Source: Minisyncoccota bacterium
Lineage (GTDB): Bacteria > Patescibacteriota > Minisyncoccia > Phycocordibacterales > SBAW01
Length of the DNA stretch: 64,000 nt
Assembly (NCBI GenBank): GCA_035546615.1
Contig: DASZWM010000002.1
Coordinates: 1-64,000 of the forward strand
Direction: 5' to 3'
The position numbers and the translations under genes were made by a program. The notes under the pieces are model-generated. The model had not been told where the DNA came from. It ran no database searches and was given only the letters and a program-made list of their open reading frames with translations. Below, piece after piece: positions 55,249-64,000 of the stretch; the first letter of the stretch is position 1, and every line of letters begins with the position of its first letter.

Positions 55249-57468
55249 TTATTCCGCTTTTTTCTTTGCAAAGCCTCTGCGCTTCTTTTCTTCGCTCAGT
55301 ATCTCAAGCGCGCGATCGAGCGTAATCGCATATACGTCATCGGTTTTGAGTGAGCGGAAGTCGGGTTTGGGCTTCGTATTGTGGGCGATATAGGGACCAA
55401 AACGGCCGATGTTTGCAGTAATGGTCTCCTCGGTATCGGGGTGTACACCGAGCACGCGTGGGAGGCTCAAATACTTAAGAGCATCTTCAAGCGTAACTTC
55501 TTCGGGCACTTTTTCTTTGGGGATGGAGCCGCGCTTGGGCTTGTTCTTGGACTTCGAGCCCTTGCCGGTCGGCGTTTCGCCCACCTGCACGTACGGGCCG
55601 AATCGTCCGGTCAGCACGTAAATGGGCTCGCCGGTCTCCGGATAATTGCCGATGGGCTTGGGCGGCTCGTTTGAAATAACTTCGCCGGTCTCCGTGCGCG
55701 CGCCGAGGCAGTCGGGGAAGCGCGAGCAGGACATGAACTTGCCCTGGCGCGAGAGCTTGAACACCATGGGGCTGCCGCAGAGGGGGCATTTGAACTCTTC
55801 CGGCGCGGGACCGAGATCGGTAATCTTACCGGCCTCCTTATCCTTCAATTTAACGTCCTTAAGGAACGGGGTGTAGAAATCGCCGAGGGTCTTGGCATAT
55901 TCGCGCTTGCCCTGCGCGATGTCGTCGAGCTCGTCTTCCATCTCGGCGGTAAAGGTATCTGAAATATAGTTGGCGAAGTTATCCTCGAGGAAGCTCGATA
56001 CCACGTCGCCGGTGTCGGTGGGCATAAGCGTGCGGCCTTCCTTCAATACGTAGCCGCGGTCCTGGAGCGTCTTCATGATGCTCGCGTACGTGGACGGGCG
56101 GCCGATGCCGCGCTTCTCAAGCTCCTTTATGAGGCCGGCCTCGGTATAGCGGTTGGGCGGAGTGGTAGCCTTTTCCTCGGCCGACACGTCCTTAACGTCG
56201 AGCACTTCCTTGGCCGATACTTTCGGCAGTTCCACATCCTCGCCGCGGGCCGCAGGGTCGGCCTTGAGCCAGCCGTCGAATACGACGCGCGAGCCGTTGG
56301 CCGCAAATTGGGGGATCTTGGCGTTCTTGGTCTCGGCTACGACTTTCGTCTTGAGGAGCTTTGCATCCGCCATCTGGGAGGCGATTGTGCGCGCCCAGAT
56401 AAGCTCGTAGAGCTTTTTCTGGTCCGGGGTCGTGCCGACCGACTCCTTTTCTATGTGGGTGGGACGCACCGCCTCGTGGGCTTCCTGCGCGTTCTTGGAC
56501 TTGGCGGCGAAGGTATGCGCCTCGACATAGTTCTTGCCGTACTTCTTTTCGGCGTGGGCAAGTATGGAGGCGCGCGCCGGAGCGCCGAGGTTGGTCGAGT
56601 CGGTGCGCATGTAGGTGATATGCCCGGCTTCATACAGCTTCTGCGCGATGCGCATAGTATTGGAAGGGGAATACCCGAGGCGCGTCGAAGCCGCCTGCTG
56701 GAGGGTGGAAGTGGTGAACGGCGCCCGGGGTGCGCGCTTCATTTCGCTTTCGGTCACGTCCAAGACGGTAAGCCCGTCCTTTTTGACGGCCTCTAGTATC
56801 TTGTCAGCCTCGTCCTTCTTGCGCGGCTCCTCGACGCAGGTAAGCATCAGGTCATCCTTTGCCTCGGTCTTCGTCGCCGCAGTTATTACATAAAACGTTT
56901 CGGGTACGAAGGCGCGTATCTCGCGCTCGCGCTCCATGATGATGCGCAAGGCGGGGCTCTGCACGCGTCCGGCCGAAAGCCCGTAGCGCACTTTCTTCCA
57001 AATGAGGCCGGAGAGGTCGTAGCCCACGAGGCGGTCGAGCACGCGGCGGGCCTCCTGGGCGAAGCGGAGGTTCTGGTCTATCTGGCGCGGATTCGCGAGC
57101 GCCTCGGCAATGGCTTCCTTGGTAATTTCGTGGAATACGATGCGCTCGGGCTTTTTGAGCTTAAGCTCCTGGCCGATGTGCCAGGCGATAGCCTCGCCCT
57201 CGCGGTCGGGGTCGGTCGCGAGTATGACCTCGTCGGCCTTCTTGGCGAGATGCGCCAGCTCGTCGATGACCTTGGCCTTGCCGGGCACGACCTCGTAGTG
57301 GGGGACGAAGCCCGCCGGAATGTCGATGGCTTTCTTATTGGACTTCGGCAGGTCGCGCACGTGGCCCACGGATGCCCGCACGACGAAATCGCCTTTCTTG
57401 TCTATTTCGGAAAGGTACTTCTCAATAGTTTTCGCCTTGGCGGGCGACTCGACGATGACCAGTTTCAT
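55249..57468 (-). CDS. topA: DNA topoisomerase I
   Basis: Toprim start MKLVIVESPAKAKTI, active-site Tyr region, and C-terminal zinc-ribbon CxxC pairs (CPLCGSPM...CSRFPDC). Confidence 0.9.
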   Translation of the reverse strand: MKLVIVESPAKAKTIEKYLSEIDKKGDFVVRASVGHVRDLPKSNKKAIDIPAGFVPHYEVVPGKAKVIDELAHLAKKADEVILATDPDREGEAIAWHIGQELKLKKPERIVFHEITKEAIAEALANPRQIDQNLRFAQEARRVLDRLVGYDLSGLIWKKVRYGLSAGRVQSPALRIIMEREREIRAFVPETFYVITAATKTEAKDDLMLTCVEEPRKKDEADKILEAVKKDGLTVLDVTESEMKRAPRAPFTTSTLQQAASTRLGYSPSNTMRIAQKLYEAGHITYMRTDSTNLGAPARASILAHAEKKYGKNYVEAHTFAAKSKNAQEAHEAVRPTHIEKESVGTTPDQKKLYELIWARTIASQMADAKLLKTKVVAETKNAKIPQFAANGSRVVFDGWLKADPAARGEDVELPKVSAKEVLDVKDVSAEEKATTPPNRYTEAGLIKELEKRGIGRPSTYASIMKTLQDRGYVLKEGRTLMPTDTGDVVSSFLEDNFANYISDTFTAEMEDELDDIAQGKREYAKTLGDFYTPFLKDVKLKDKEAGKITDLGPAPEEFKCPLCGSPMVFKLSRQGKFMSCSRFPDCLGARTETGEVISNEPPKPIGNYPETGEPIYVLTGRFGPYVQVGETPTGKGSKSKNKPKRGSIPKEKVPEEVTLEDALKYLSLPRVLGVHPDTEETITANIGRFGPYIAHNTKPKPDFRSLKTDDVYAITLDRALEILSEEKKRRGFAKKKAE

Positions 57469-57506
57469 TGGATGCCTTGGATACTACAGTAGCACAGTGC
57501 GGAACA

Positions 57507-60500
57507 TTACCCTTTTTCCACTTCGCTTGGCAAGCGCCCCGGCCAGCGGTACACGAGCGTCGGAATGAGAATGAGCGTCAGTATCATCGCGAAGGAAAGC
57601 CCGAAAAGAATGGCGAACGCCAGCGGCCCCCACAGGGCGGACGCGAAGGTGAGCGGTATCATGCCGATCACCGTGGTGATGGTCGTGAGGACGATGGGGC
57701 GCAGGCGCGAGGTCGCCGCCTCGACCACGATGTCGGAGAATGTGCGGCCCGCTCCCGCGTGGAGGCGCTGGAGTATGGAGTCCATGAGGATGATGGCGTG
57801 GTTGATAATGACGCCCGCGAGCGCAATGACGCCCAGAAGCGAGGAGAACGAGAGCGTCTGGCCGGTCAGCACCAGGCCGCCGAACACGCCGATGAGAGAA
57901 AGCGGGATAATGGCGAGCAGATACGTGGTGTAGCGGAATGAGTTGAAGGCAAGCACGAGAATGACGAACATAAGCGCCATGCCCGCCAACAGCGCGATAC
58001 CCATCTCGGCGAAGGACTGATTGGTCTCTTCGTTCTCGCCGCCGATAGATACCGTGACGCCCACGGGAAGCTCGACGCTCTTCATCTTCTCGTTGTACGC
58101 GGCAAGCACCGCTCCGGCGGTGTAGCCCGGCAGCGTATTGGCCGACAAGGTTACTATGCGCTCCCGGTCCTCGTGGTTGATTGTCGAGTCGTTGCGCGCC
58201 ACGCTTTCCTCAAGGAGCGAGCCGAGCAGTATCGTAGTCCCGCTCTGGGTGGTGATAGGCACCTGATGAAGCGCGTCTATGGTGGCGTTTGAGGCGTCAT
58301 GCGGGTCAATGTAGGACGGGTTTAGATTGAGAAGCACGTTTATGTCCACGTCGCGCTCGGCGCCCGAAATGGACGTTGCCTTCATGCCCGACACCGCGGT
58401 GCGCAGGGTAGAGGCCACTTGCGCGGCCGTCACGCCCGCCTGCGCGAGCCGCGAGCGGTCGATGCGAAGCTCGAACTGAACGGTCTCGTTCTTGTTTGAA
58501 GCGTCGACGCTGGTGGCGCCGGGTGTCGACTCGAGCACGCCGCGCGCGGCCGCCACCGCCGCATCCAGCGCGTCGCGGTCGGAGCCGAGGAACTTAATAA
58601 GTACGGGCGCGCCCACGGGCGGGCCGCCGGTCGGCTGGTCGGACGTTACCTTGGCGCTCCGGATGCCGGAAAGCTCTTTCCGGACTTGGCTCAGCACTTC
58701 GGTGCTGGTCTTCGAGCGGCCTTTCGGCAAATTGATGGTGAGGCTCGCAAATCGCGGATCGGACTGGGGATTGCCGCTGAATTCGCTGGTGCGGCCGACG
58801 GTCGTCACGAAGGACGCGATGTCGTGGTCGTTGTACAGCACTTCCTCCACCTGGCGCGCGACCAGATCGCTCTGATTGAGCGACGAGCCCGGCGGAAGCT
58901 CAATATCGGTATATAAAAAGTCTATGTCATCCTGCGGGAAAAAGCTCACGGGAAGCAGTCCCGCGATGGGCAGGGCGAGGGCCAGAACGAACGCGAGCGC
59001 CATGCCCCACAGGAAGCGGTTCTGGTTCTTCTTGTGATGCAGGAAGCTTTTCAGCTTCGCGGAGTACCAGGTACGCGCCGCCTCGGCGTACTCTTCCTGC
59101 TTGTCCAAGAGCCAGCCGCGCGCGCCTATCTTCTGCGAGAACATCATGGTGAGCGTCGGCACCAGCCCCAGCGCCACGAAAATGGAGGCGATGAGCACGA
59201 ATATGAGCGTGTACGGGATGCCGGCGATGAATTTGCCCACGATGCCCGAAATAAAGAAGAGCGGGAAGAACACCGCGACGGTCGTCATCGTGCCGCCGAT
59301 GAGCGGCCAAGCGTACTCGCGGAGGGCCTCGAAGGCAGCCACTTTTTTGTCGCCGAACGTGCGTATGCGGGTGTGTATGGCTTCGACGACGACGATGCCG
59401 GAGTCCACGAGGATGCCGATGGCGAGAATGAGCGAGAAGAGGGAAATAAAGTTGAGCGTGTTGCCGGTGTAGAGGAGCCCGACGAACGCGATAAGGAACG
59501 AAAGGGGAATGGAAAGGCCCGCGACTATCGCCTCGCGCCAGCCGATGGTCGCAAAGAGCACGAGCATCACGAGCACGACGGTCTCAAGCCCCGTGCGGGT
59601 AAGCTCGGTCAGGTCCTGCTGCACCTCGTCGCCGGCGTCCAGCGACACCACGACCTGGCTGCCGTCCAGAAGCCCTGCCTTGAGCGTATCAAGCCTTGCC
59701 TTCACCGCGCGGGTCACAGCGGTCACGTCCTGTCCGCGCACTTTGTATACCAAAAGGGTCATGGCCTGCTCGGAGGGCGCGCCCGCAACCGAGATGCGCG
59801 AGTAGGAGGTCGCCTTCTCGACGCCGTCGGACACGTCGGCGATATCGCGCACGTAGATGACCTGCCCGCCGACGTTCAGTATCGCCACCGAGCCGATGTC
59901 CTCGGTCGTATCGAAGCTGCCGTCGAAGGCGATATTGTAGTTGATGTCATTGACCTCGATGGAGCCCACCGGAAGCGACGAGTTCGCAGCGCCTATGGCC
60001 GCCACGACCTGGGGGAGCGAAATGCCGTAGCGCGCGAGGTCCTCCTTGCGCACGACGACGTCTATCTCGCGGTTGCGCACACCGGAGATGTCTACGCGCT
60101 GGACTCCCTTCACGGCCTGGAGCTCGTTCTGTACCTGATCGGCCAGTTCCGCCAGCTGGGCGAAGGGCTCGTTGGCGGAAATGGAGATTATCTGTATAGG
60201 CTGGTCGACGAAGTTCACGTCAGATACCGTCGGGTCCTTCGCTTCCGCCGGGAGGTCCACTTTCGCCTTATCGACCTCGTCCTTGAGCTTCTGGATGGAC
60301 TTGTCGAGGTCGGCCGACGCGAGGAACTGCACGGTCACGACCGAGATGCCGTCGCGCGATGTCGAGGTGAGCGTGTCGAGGTTCTCGATGTTGGCCAGAT
60401 GCTCTTCAAGCTTGTTAGTGACCAGGCGCTCGACGTCCTCGGCCGATGCGCCCGGAAGCACGGTCGATACGATGCCCACCGGGATGGATACTTCCGGCGC

Positions 60501-60611
60501 CGACTCCTTGGTGATGCGTACGGCCGCGAAGACGCCCGATATCGTGACCGCCGCGATGACGAGCAGGGTGAACTGGCGCTTTTCTATGAAGAATTTCCAG
60601 AATGACAGCAT
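57507..60611 (-). CDS. RND-family efflux transporter permease (AcrB/CzcA-like)
   Basis: 1034 aa and 12 TM. Two large periplasmic loops. N-terminus collinear with AcrB (FIxRPxxxxVIAxxIxxxG...P...YP). Forms an operon with the upstream MFP gene. Confidence 0.85.
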   Translation of the reverse strand: MLSFWKFFIEKRQFTLLVIAAVTISGVFAAVRITKESAPEVSIPVGIVSTVLPGASAEDVERLVTNKLEEHLANIENLDTLTSTSRDGISVVTVQFLASADLDKSIQKLKDEVDKAKVDLPAEAKDPTVSDVNFVDQPIQIISISANEPFAQLAELADQVQNELQAVKGVQRVDISGVRNREIDVVVRKEDLARYGISLPQVVAAIGAANSSLPVGSIEVNDINYNIAFDGSFDTTEDIGSVAILNVGGQVIYVRDIADVSDGVEKATSYSRISVAGAPSEQAMTLLVYKVRGQDVTAVTRAVKARLDTLKAGLLDGSQVVVSLDAGDEVQQDLTELTRTGLETVVLVMLVLFATIGWREAIVAGLSIPLSFLIAFVGLLYTGNTLNFISLFSLILAIGILVDSGIVVVEAIHTRIRTFGDKKVAAFEALREYAWPLIGGTMTTVAVFFPLFFISGIVGKFIAGIPYTLIFVLIASIFVALGLVPTLTMMFSQKIGARGWLLDKQEEYAEAARTWYSAKLKSFLHHKKNQNRFLWGMALAFVLALALPIAGLLPVSFFPQDDIDFLYTDIELPPGSSLNQSDLVARQVEEVLYNDHDIASFVTTVGRTSEFSGNPQSDPRFASLTINLPKGRSKTSTEVLSQVRKELSGIRSAKVTSDQPTGGPPVGAPVLIKFLGSDRDALDAAVAAARGVLESTPGATSVDASNKNETVQFELRIDRSRLAQAGVTAAQVASTLRTAVSGMKATSISGAERDVDINVLLNLNPSYIDPHDASNATIDALHQVPITTQSGTTILLGSLLEESVARNDSTINHEDRERIVTLSANTLPGYTAGAVLAAYNEKMKSVELPVGVTVSIGGENEETNQSFAEMGIALLAGMALMFVILVLAFNSFRYTTYLLAIIPLSLIGVFGGLVLTGQTLSFSSLLGVIALAGVIINHAIILMDSILQRLHAGAGRTFSDIVVEAATSRLRPIVLTTITTVIGMIPLTFASALWGPLAFAILFGLSFAMILTLILIPTLVYRWPGRLPSEVEKG

Positions 60612-60628
60612 GGGATGATGCGGCGGGA

Positions 60629-62158
60629 TTACTGCGCTACTTCTACCGTTTCCCTCGCGCGCAGGCCCCGGGCGTCCGTGACTATCAGCATGTCGGGAGT
60701 GGCGCCGTCGAGTATGACCACGCGGTCGCCGAGCAGCTCGCCTATCGTTACTGTATGCGCCACGAGCATATTGTTCGCGTCCACCGTAAAGACGCTCATG
60801 CCGCCCTGGCCAATCTTAAGCGCCGCAAGGGGAATGACGAGGCGCGCGGGAGCGGCGGCCGTGGCGGCGTTTTGCGCGCGGGCAAGCTCGACCGTGACCG
60901 ACTGGCCGTTGATGAGAGCGGTCGCGGAGCCGCTGATGCCGACGCGCACCTCTATTTTCTTGGTGACGGGGTCAATGGCGGGCGCGATGCGGGTTATGAC
61001 GCCGTCTGCCGAGCCGCCGAGCTTCGCCTTGCCGCCTACCGCAAGCTGGCGGGCGTCGGATTCGGTGACATAGGCTACCACTTCAAGCGCGCCGTTGTTG
61101 GCTACCGTAAGGACCGCGGAGCCGAGCTGGACGTAGTCGCCGCGCTTCAGCGACAGGGAATTGATAGTGCCGGAAATGGGGGCGCGGATGAGCGTATGCT
61201 CAAGGTTGGCGCGCGCGGAGGCGAGGCCCGCCTGGGCCTGCTTTACCGCCGCGGCGCTGACCGAGGCGTTTGCGCCGGTGCCCGCGATGCTCTGGCGGGC
61301 GCTGCCGAGCGCGGTTATGGAGGCGGTCACGGCCGTGCGCGCCGCGATAGTGGCAGCCTTATAGCCGTCCAGCACCGATGCGGTCACGACCTCGTCGGGC
61401 TCGCCGGCGTTAAGCGCGCGCAGGAGGGCATCGAGGAAGTTGCGCACCTGCTGGAGCTCGGCTTCGGTTTGAGCAAGCTCGCCGCTTTGGTCTGAGGCGG
61501 AAGAGATCTGCGCCGATGCGGCCTTCTGCCTGTCGAGCGCGGCATCGAGCGCGCTGCGCAGGCTTTCGGCCTCGCGTTTGGAGGCGGAATCTTCCGTCTT
61601 TACGCGCAGGTAATACGTGTGCGGCGTGGTATCCGGATTGATGAACATAGGGTCCGCCGCGTTGTGCACCGCGTTGTCTGCCGCCGCGTAGGCGGAGAGG
61701 AGCGCGCTTGCGGCGCTGGTGCCTGAAATGCCGGCGGAGGCCTGCGCCGCCTCGACGCCGGCCTGCGCCTGGAGCACCGCCGCGCGCTCGGACGCGTTCT
61801 CGACTTCCGCTACCACCGCGCCCGCGCCGACGTAGTCGCCGAGCTGGTAGTTGAGCGAGGTAATCTCGCCGGATTTCTCCGCGCGCACGGTAGCCTCGGA
61901 CTTGGAGCTCACGGTGCCCGCTACCGAAAGCCCGGAGGTCTGGTTGGAAAGGTCGGCGATGGAGCGCAGCTCAACGCTGCGGGTATTGTTCGGCGCCGCC
62001 GCTTCGGAAGCGCCGCCTGAGAACGCCGCGTGGAGGACGATAAGCAGGACGACCAGAACGCCCGCCCCCGCGGCGAGTTTTTTCCAGCCCAGACGCTTGG
62101 CTGTACGGGTCAGATACGAAACGAAGTCCTGGAGGCGCGCGAAAATAGATTGCAACAT
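60629..62158 (-). CDS. Efflux RND periplasmic adaptor (membrane fusion protein, HlyD-like)
   Basis: N-terminal TM, a long Ala-rich coiled-coil hairpin, and lipoyl/beta-barrel segments (GELAQTEAELQQV...KRGDYVQLGSAVL). Confidence 0.7.
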   Translation of the reverse strand: MLQSIFARLQDFVSYLTRTAKRLGWKKLAAGAGVLVVLLIVLHAAFSGGASEAAAPNNTRSVELRSIADLSNQTSGLSVAGTVSSKSEATVRAEKSGEITSLNYQLGDYVGAGAVVAEVENASERAAVLQAQAGVEAAQASAGISGTSAASALLSAYAAADNAVHNAADPMFINPDTTPHTYYLRVKTEDSASKREAESLRSALDAALDRQKAASAQISSASDQSGELAQTEAELQQVRNFLDALLRALNAGEPDEVVTASVLDGYKAATIAARTAVTASITALGSARQSIAGTGANASVSAAAVKQAQAGLASARANLEHTLIRAPISGTINSLSLKRGDYVQLGSAVLTVANNGALEVVAYVTESDARQLAVGGKAKLGGSADGVITRIAPAIDPVTKKIEVRVGISGSATALINGQSVTVELARAQNAATAAAPARLVIPLAALKIGQGGMSVFTVDANNMLVAHTVTIGELLGDRVVILDGATPDMLIVTDARGLRARETVEVAQ

Positions 62159-62167
62159 ATGAAAATA

Positions 62168-62419
62168 TTATCTGTTCTTCTTAATAATACCCTGAATGAC
62201 GTTGAGCCGCTTGGACAGGTGGGTGGCGAACTTCTCGACGCCCGATAGCTTCGCGAAGGTCACCATCTCGCCGCCCATGCCGAACACAAGCAGTTTCTGG
62301 CCCTTCTTGAGGCCCATCGCCTCGCGGGCGTCCGCGGGAATGACTATCTGGCCCTTTTCGCCCAAGGTCGTGATGCCGTATATCTTCTCCGCGGGGTGGT
62401 GAGCATGGTTCTTAAGCAT
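62168..62419 (-). CDS. AbrB/MazE/SpoVT-family DNA-binding protein
   Basis: 83 aa. The swapped-hairpin motif KGQIVIPADAREAMGLKKGQKLLV is typical of AbrB/MazE. Confidence 0.6.
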   Translation of the reverse strand: MLKNHAHHPAEKIYGITTLGEKGQIVIPADAREAMGLKKGQKLLVFGMGGEMVTFAKLSGVEKFATHLSKRLNVIQGIIKKNR

Positions 62420-62542
62420 AGTATGAAATGTATTACTTTTCCTACACTGTACCGCAGGAAGGCCGTGCGGTCAATGAAGGCTTACGTGGCGTAAAAAATG
62501 CCCCGCGCGACTATGAGTCGCGCGGGGTGATGTTGTCTGGGC

Positions 62543-63070
62543 CTAGTAGGCCCCATACTGCGGATTGACCGGCGTTGCGGCCTGCCGTCCATAATGCGCG
62601 TGATAGAGGCAATACTGATTCCTTTTTCCTCCCGTATCCGCGCCGCAGTACAGCGCGGGGCTCGTTTCCGTCTGGTCGCGCACGATAGTGTGACACATCC
62701 CTTCCTCAACCTGCAGGAGCGTCACGTTGATGCTCTTCGGTTGCGGGATTTCCATGACGGCACGGGGCAGCGCAGCCTGCCGCGCGGCTTCCGGATGCAG
62801 CTTGGGCGGCTCGCGCCTTGCTTTTATCCGTAACCGCATGAGCGCGGCATTGTTTGTTGAGCCTGTTCGCGGTTTGCGCGGCCGGGCCTGGCTGGGTGCG
62901 GGCTTCGGCCGTCCGGAAAGGTTGAGACGGTGGATTTTTCCAATGACGGCATTCGCCGTAACTCCGCCCAGCTGGGCGGCTATCTGGCTTTTGGAAAATC
63001 CCTCGCTCCAGAGCTTTTTGAGCAATTCAATGCGCTCGTCCGTCCAGCCATGATTCTTGGTAGAACCCAT
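62543..63070 (-). CDS. GcrA-family cell-cycle regulator-like protein
   Basis: N-terminus WTDERIELLKKLWSEGFSKSQIAAQLGGVTANAVIGKIHRLNLSGR is nearly identical in pattern to the GcrA DNA-binding domain. The C-terminal MCHTIV...YCGADT...YCLYHAHY matches the GcrA CxW...FCG...YCxxH module. Confidence 0.65.
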   Translation of the reverse strand: MGSTKNHGWTDERIELLKKLWSEGFSKSQIAAQLGGVTANAVIGKIHRLNLSGRPKPAPSQARPRKPRTGSTNNAALMRLRIKARREPPKLHPEAARQAALPRAVMEIPQPKSINVTLLQVEEGMCHTIVRDQTETSPALYCGADTGGKRNQYCLYHAHYGRQAATPVNPQYGAY

Positions 63071-63123
63071 AGGCTTTTACTCCTTGTACTGATAGTGGAA
63101 CAAATGTCCTGTCCTTACTATAA

Positions 63124-63984
63124 CTATGTCCGTACTATCTTGCCAAGACGCTCTTCTACGAGCCCGCGGATCTGCAGCGATGAAAGCGCGATGTTCGCTT
63201 CCTGAGCGGAAAGCCCCGCGCGCTCAATAAGCTCGTCTTTTTCGAGTGCTTCGGCCAATGCCTCGAGTATTTTCGCTTCGGCAGGCGTCAGATCGGACGG
63301 GAAGGAGGCTTCCGCAGCATCTTCGACTTTCAGTCCGAGCGCTTCAAGAATATCTTCGCTGTTGCGAACGAGCGTTGCGCCTTCGCGAATCAGCCGGTTG
63401 ACGCCCGCGCCGCTCTCGCGCCCCAGCTCGTGCGGCACGGCGAGCACTTCGCGGTTGTAGTCAAGCGCGAGCCGCGCGGTAATAAGCGTGCCGGACTTTT
63501 CTCCCGCTTCTATTATGAGCGTGGCAAGCGCCATGCCGGCCCCGATGCGGTTTCGCTTGGCGAAATCGAACAGCTGGGGCCGGTAGGGGCCGGGATTCTC
63601 GCTTACGAGCGCGCCGCCCTTCTCAAGTATCCGCTGCGCCAGCCCGCGGTTGCTTGCGGGATATATAGAAGAGTCATCGCATGAGGAGGGGAGCACCGCT
63701 ACGGTTGCCAGCCCGGCATCGAGCGCCGCCTTGTGCGCTTCGGCGTCTATGCCTAAAGCGAGGCCCGAGACTATCGCGACCGGATACCGCGCTAGCCCCG
63801 CGATAAGCGCTTGGCACATACGCCTTCCATATATAGACGTAGCGCGCGAGCCCACGACGCACAGGAGCTTGTACTCGGGCGGGGGAAGTTCGCCGCGTAG
63901 GTACAGCATTTTCGGCTTGTCCGGAATTTCCCTCAAAAGGTCGGAAAATCCGTCAGGCGGCAGTTGTCGGATAGGGAAAGCCAT
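63124..63984 (-). CDS. dprA: DNA processing protein DprA (Smf)
   Basis: Rossmann-like core LLCVVGSRATSIYG...VSGLALGIDAEAHKAAL...TVAVLPSS and C-terminal winged-helix tail. 286 aa. Confidence 0.8.
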   Translation of the reverse strand: MAFPIRQLPPDGFSDLLREIPDKPKMLYLRGELPPPEYKLLCVVGSRATSIYGRRMCQALIAGLARYPVAIVSGLALGIDAEAHKAALDAGLATVAVLPSSCDDSSIYPASNRGLAQRILEKGGALVSENPGPYRPQLFDFAKRNRIGAGMALATLIIEAGEKSGTLITARLALDYNREVLAVPHELGRESGAGVNRLIREGATLVRNSEDILEALGLKVEDAAEASFPSDLTPAEAKILEALAEALEKDELIERAGLSAQEANIALSSLQIRGLVEERLGKIVRT

Positions 63985-64000
63985 TGTATTCTATGGATAT

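Noticed and set aside
57507-60611. Initial impression that the 1034-aa 12-TM protein might be a SecDF fusion.
   Set aside because: The size, the N-terminal sequence pattern, the two large periplasmic loops and the adjacent HlyD-like adaptor gene fit an RND efflux permease better. SecDF would not be paired with an MFP.

Overview
This is a 64 kb, gene-dense bacterial segment of about 55-60% GC, with a few clearly lower-GC patches. By homology to well-known families it carries housekeeping genes: valS, tsaD, trxB, ftsZ, ftsA, ybeY, rpsU, a HisRS-like gene, lepB, pth, rpsA, gyrA, rbfA, a short-form infB, a cysteine desulfurase, clpB, rpmG, miaA, pyrF, a pyrE-like gene, parB, rel/spoT, topA, dprA, and an AbrB-like-regulator/MFP/RND efflux operon. 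These are interspersed with 12 tRNA genes: Gly-CCC, Arg-CCT, Phe-GAA, Val-GAC, Ser-CGA, Glu-TTC, Leu-TAA, Leu-TAG, Lys-CTT, Tyr-GTA, Trp-CCA and Leu-CAA. The short IF2 (506 aa), compact ValRS, tandem TrbC/VirB2-like two-TM pilins, secreted LamG-repeat proteins and tight gene packing suggest a Patescibacteria/CPR-like organism; this is inference only. I see no rRNA, CRISPR array or recognisable transposase.

The most unusual content is as follows.
(1) A family of related 75-180 nt structured trailer elements follows at least five tRNA genes (Val, Lys, Trp, Tyr, and a degenerate one after Phe). Each has a terminator hairpin, conserved cores (GCGAGCCGGGGTCGCG, TCGCGACGGCGAA, ATTTGTGAC) and hairpins whose stems differ between copies by compensatory changes.
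(2) One copy is flanked by a 15-nt direct repeat of the tRNA-Tyr 3' end, which looks like an integration scar. Another sits head-to-head with an inverted partial copy.
(3) Two paralogous low-GC genes encode HTH plus LAGLIDADG-like proteins, each immediately upstream of a co-oriented tRNA.
(4) A 45-nt palindromic repeat occurs twice. One copy is inserted in frame inside tsaD; the other supplies the start codon of a HAD hydrolase gene.
(5) An SBP-like gene is followed by four tandem pilin-like genes. A fifth pilin homolog elsewhere is fused to a Cys-rich domain of about 260 aa.
(6) A 2.2 kb low-GC island and a 1.7 kb high-GC island carry hypothetical secreted or disordered proteins.
(7) A GcrA-family regulator lies next to dprA.

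All coordinates and calls come from reading the sequence and the supplied six-frame ORF track. No database search was possible.
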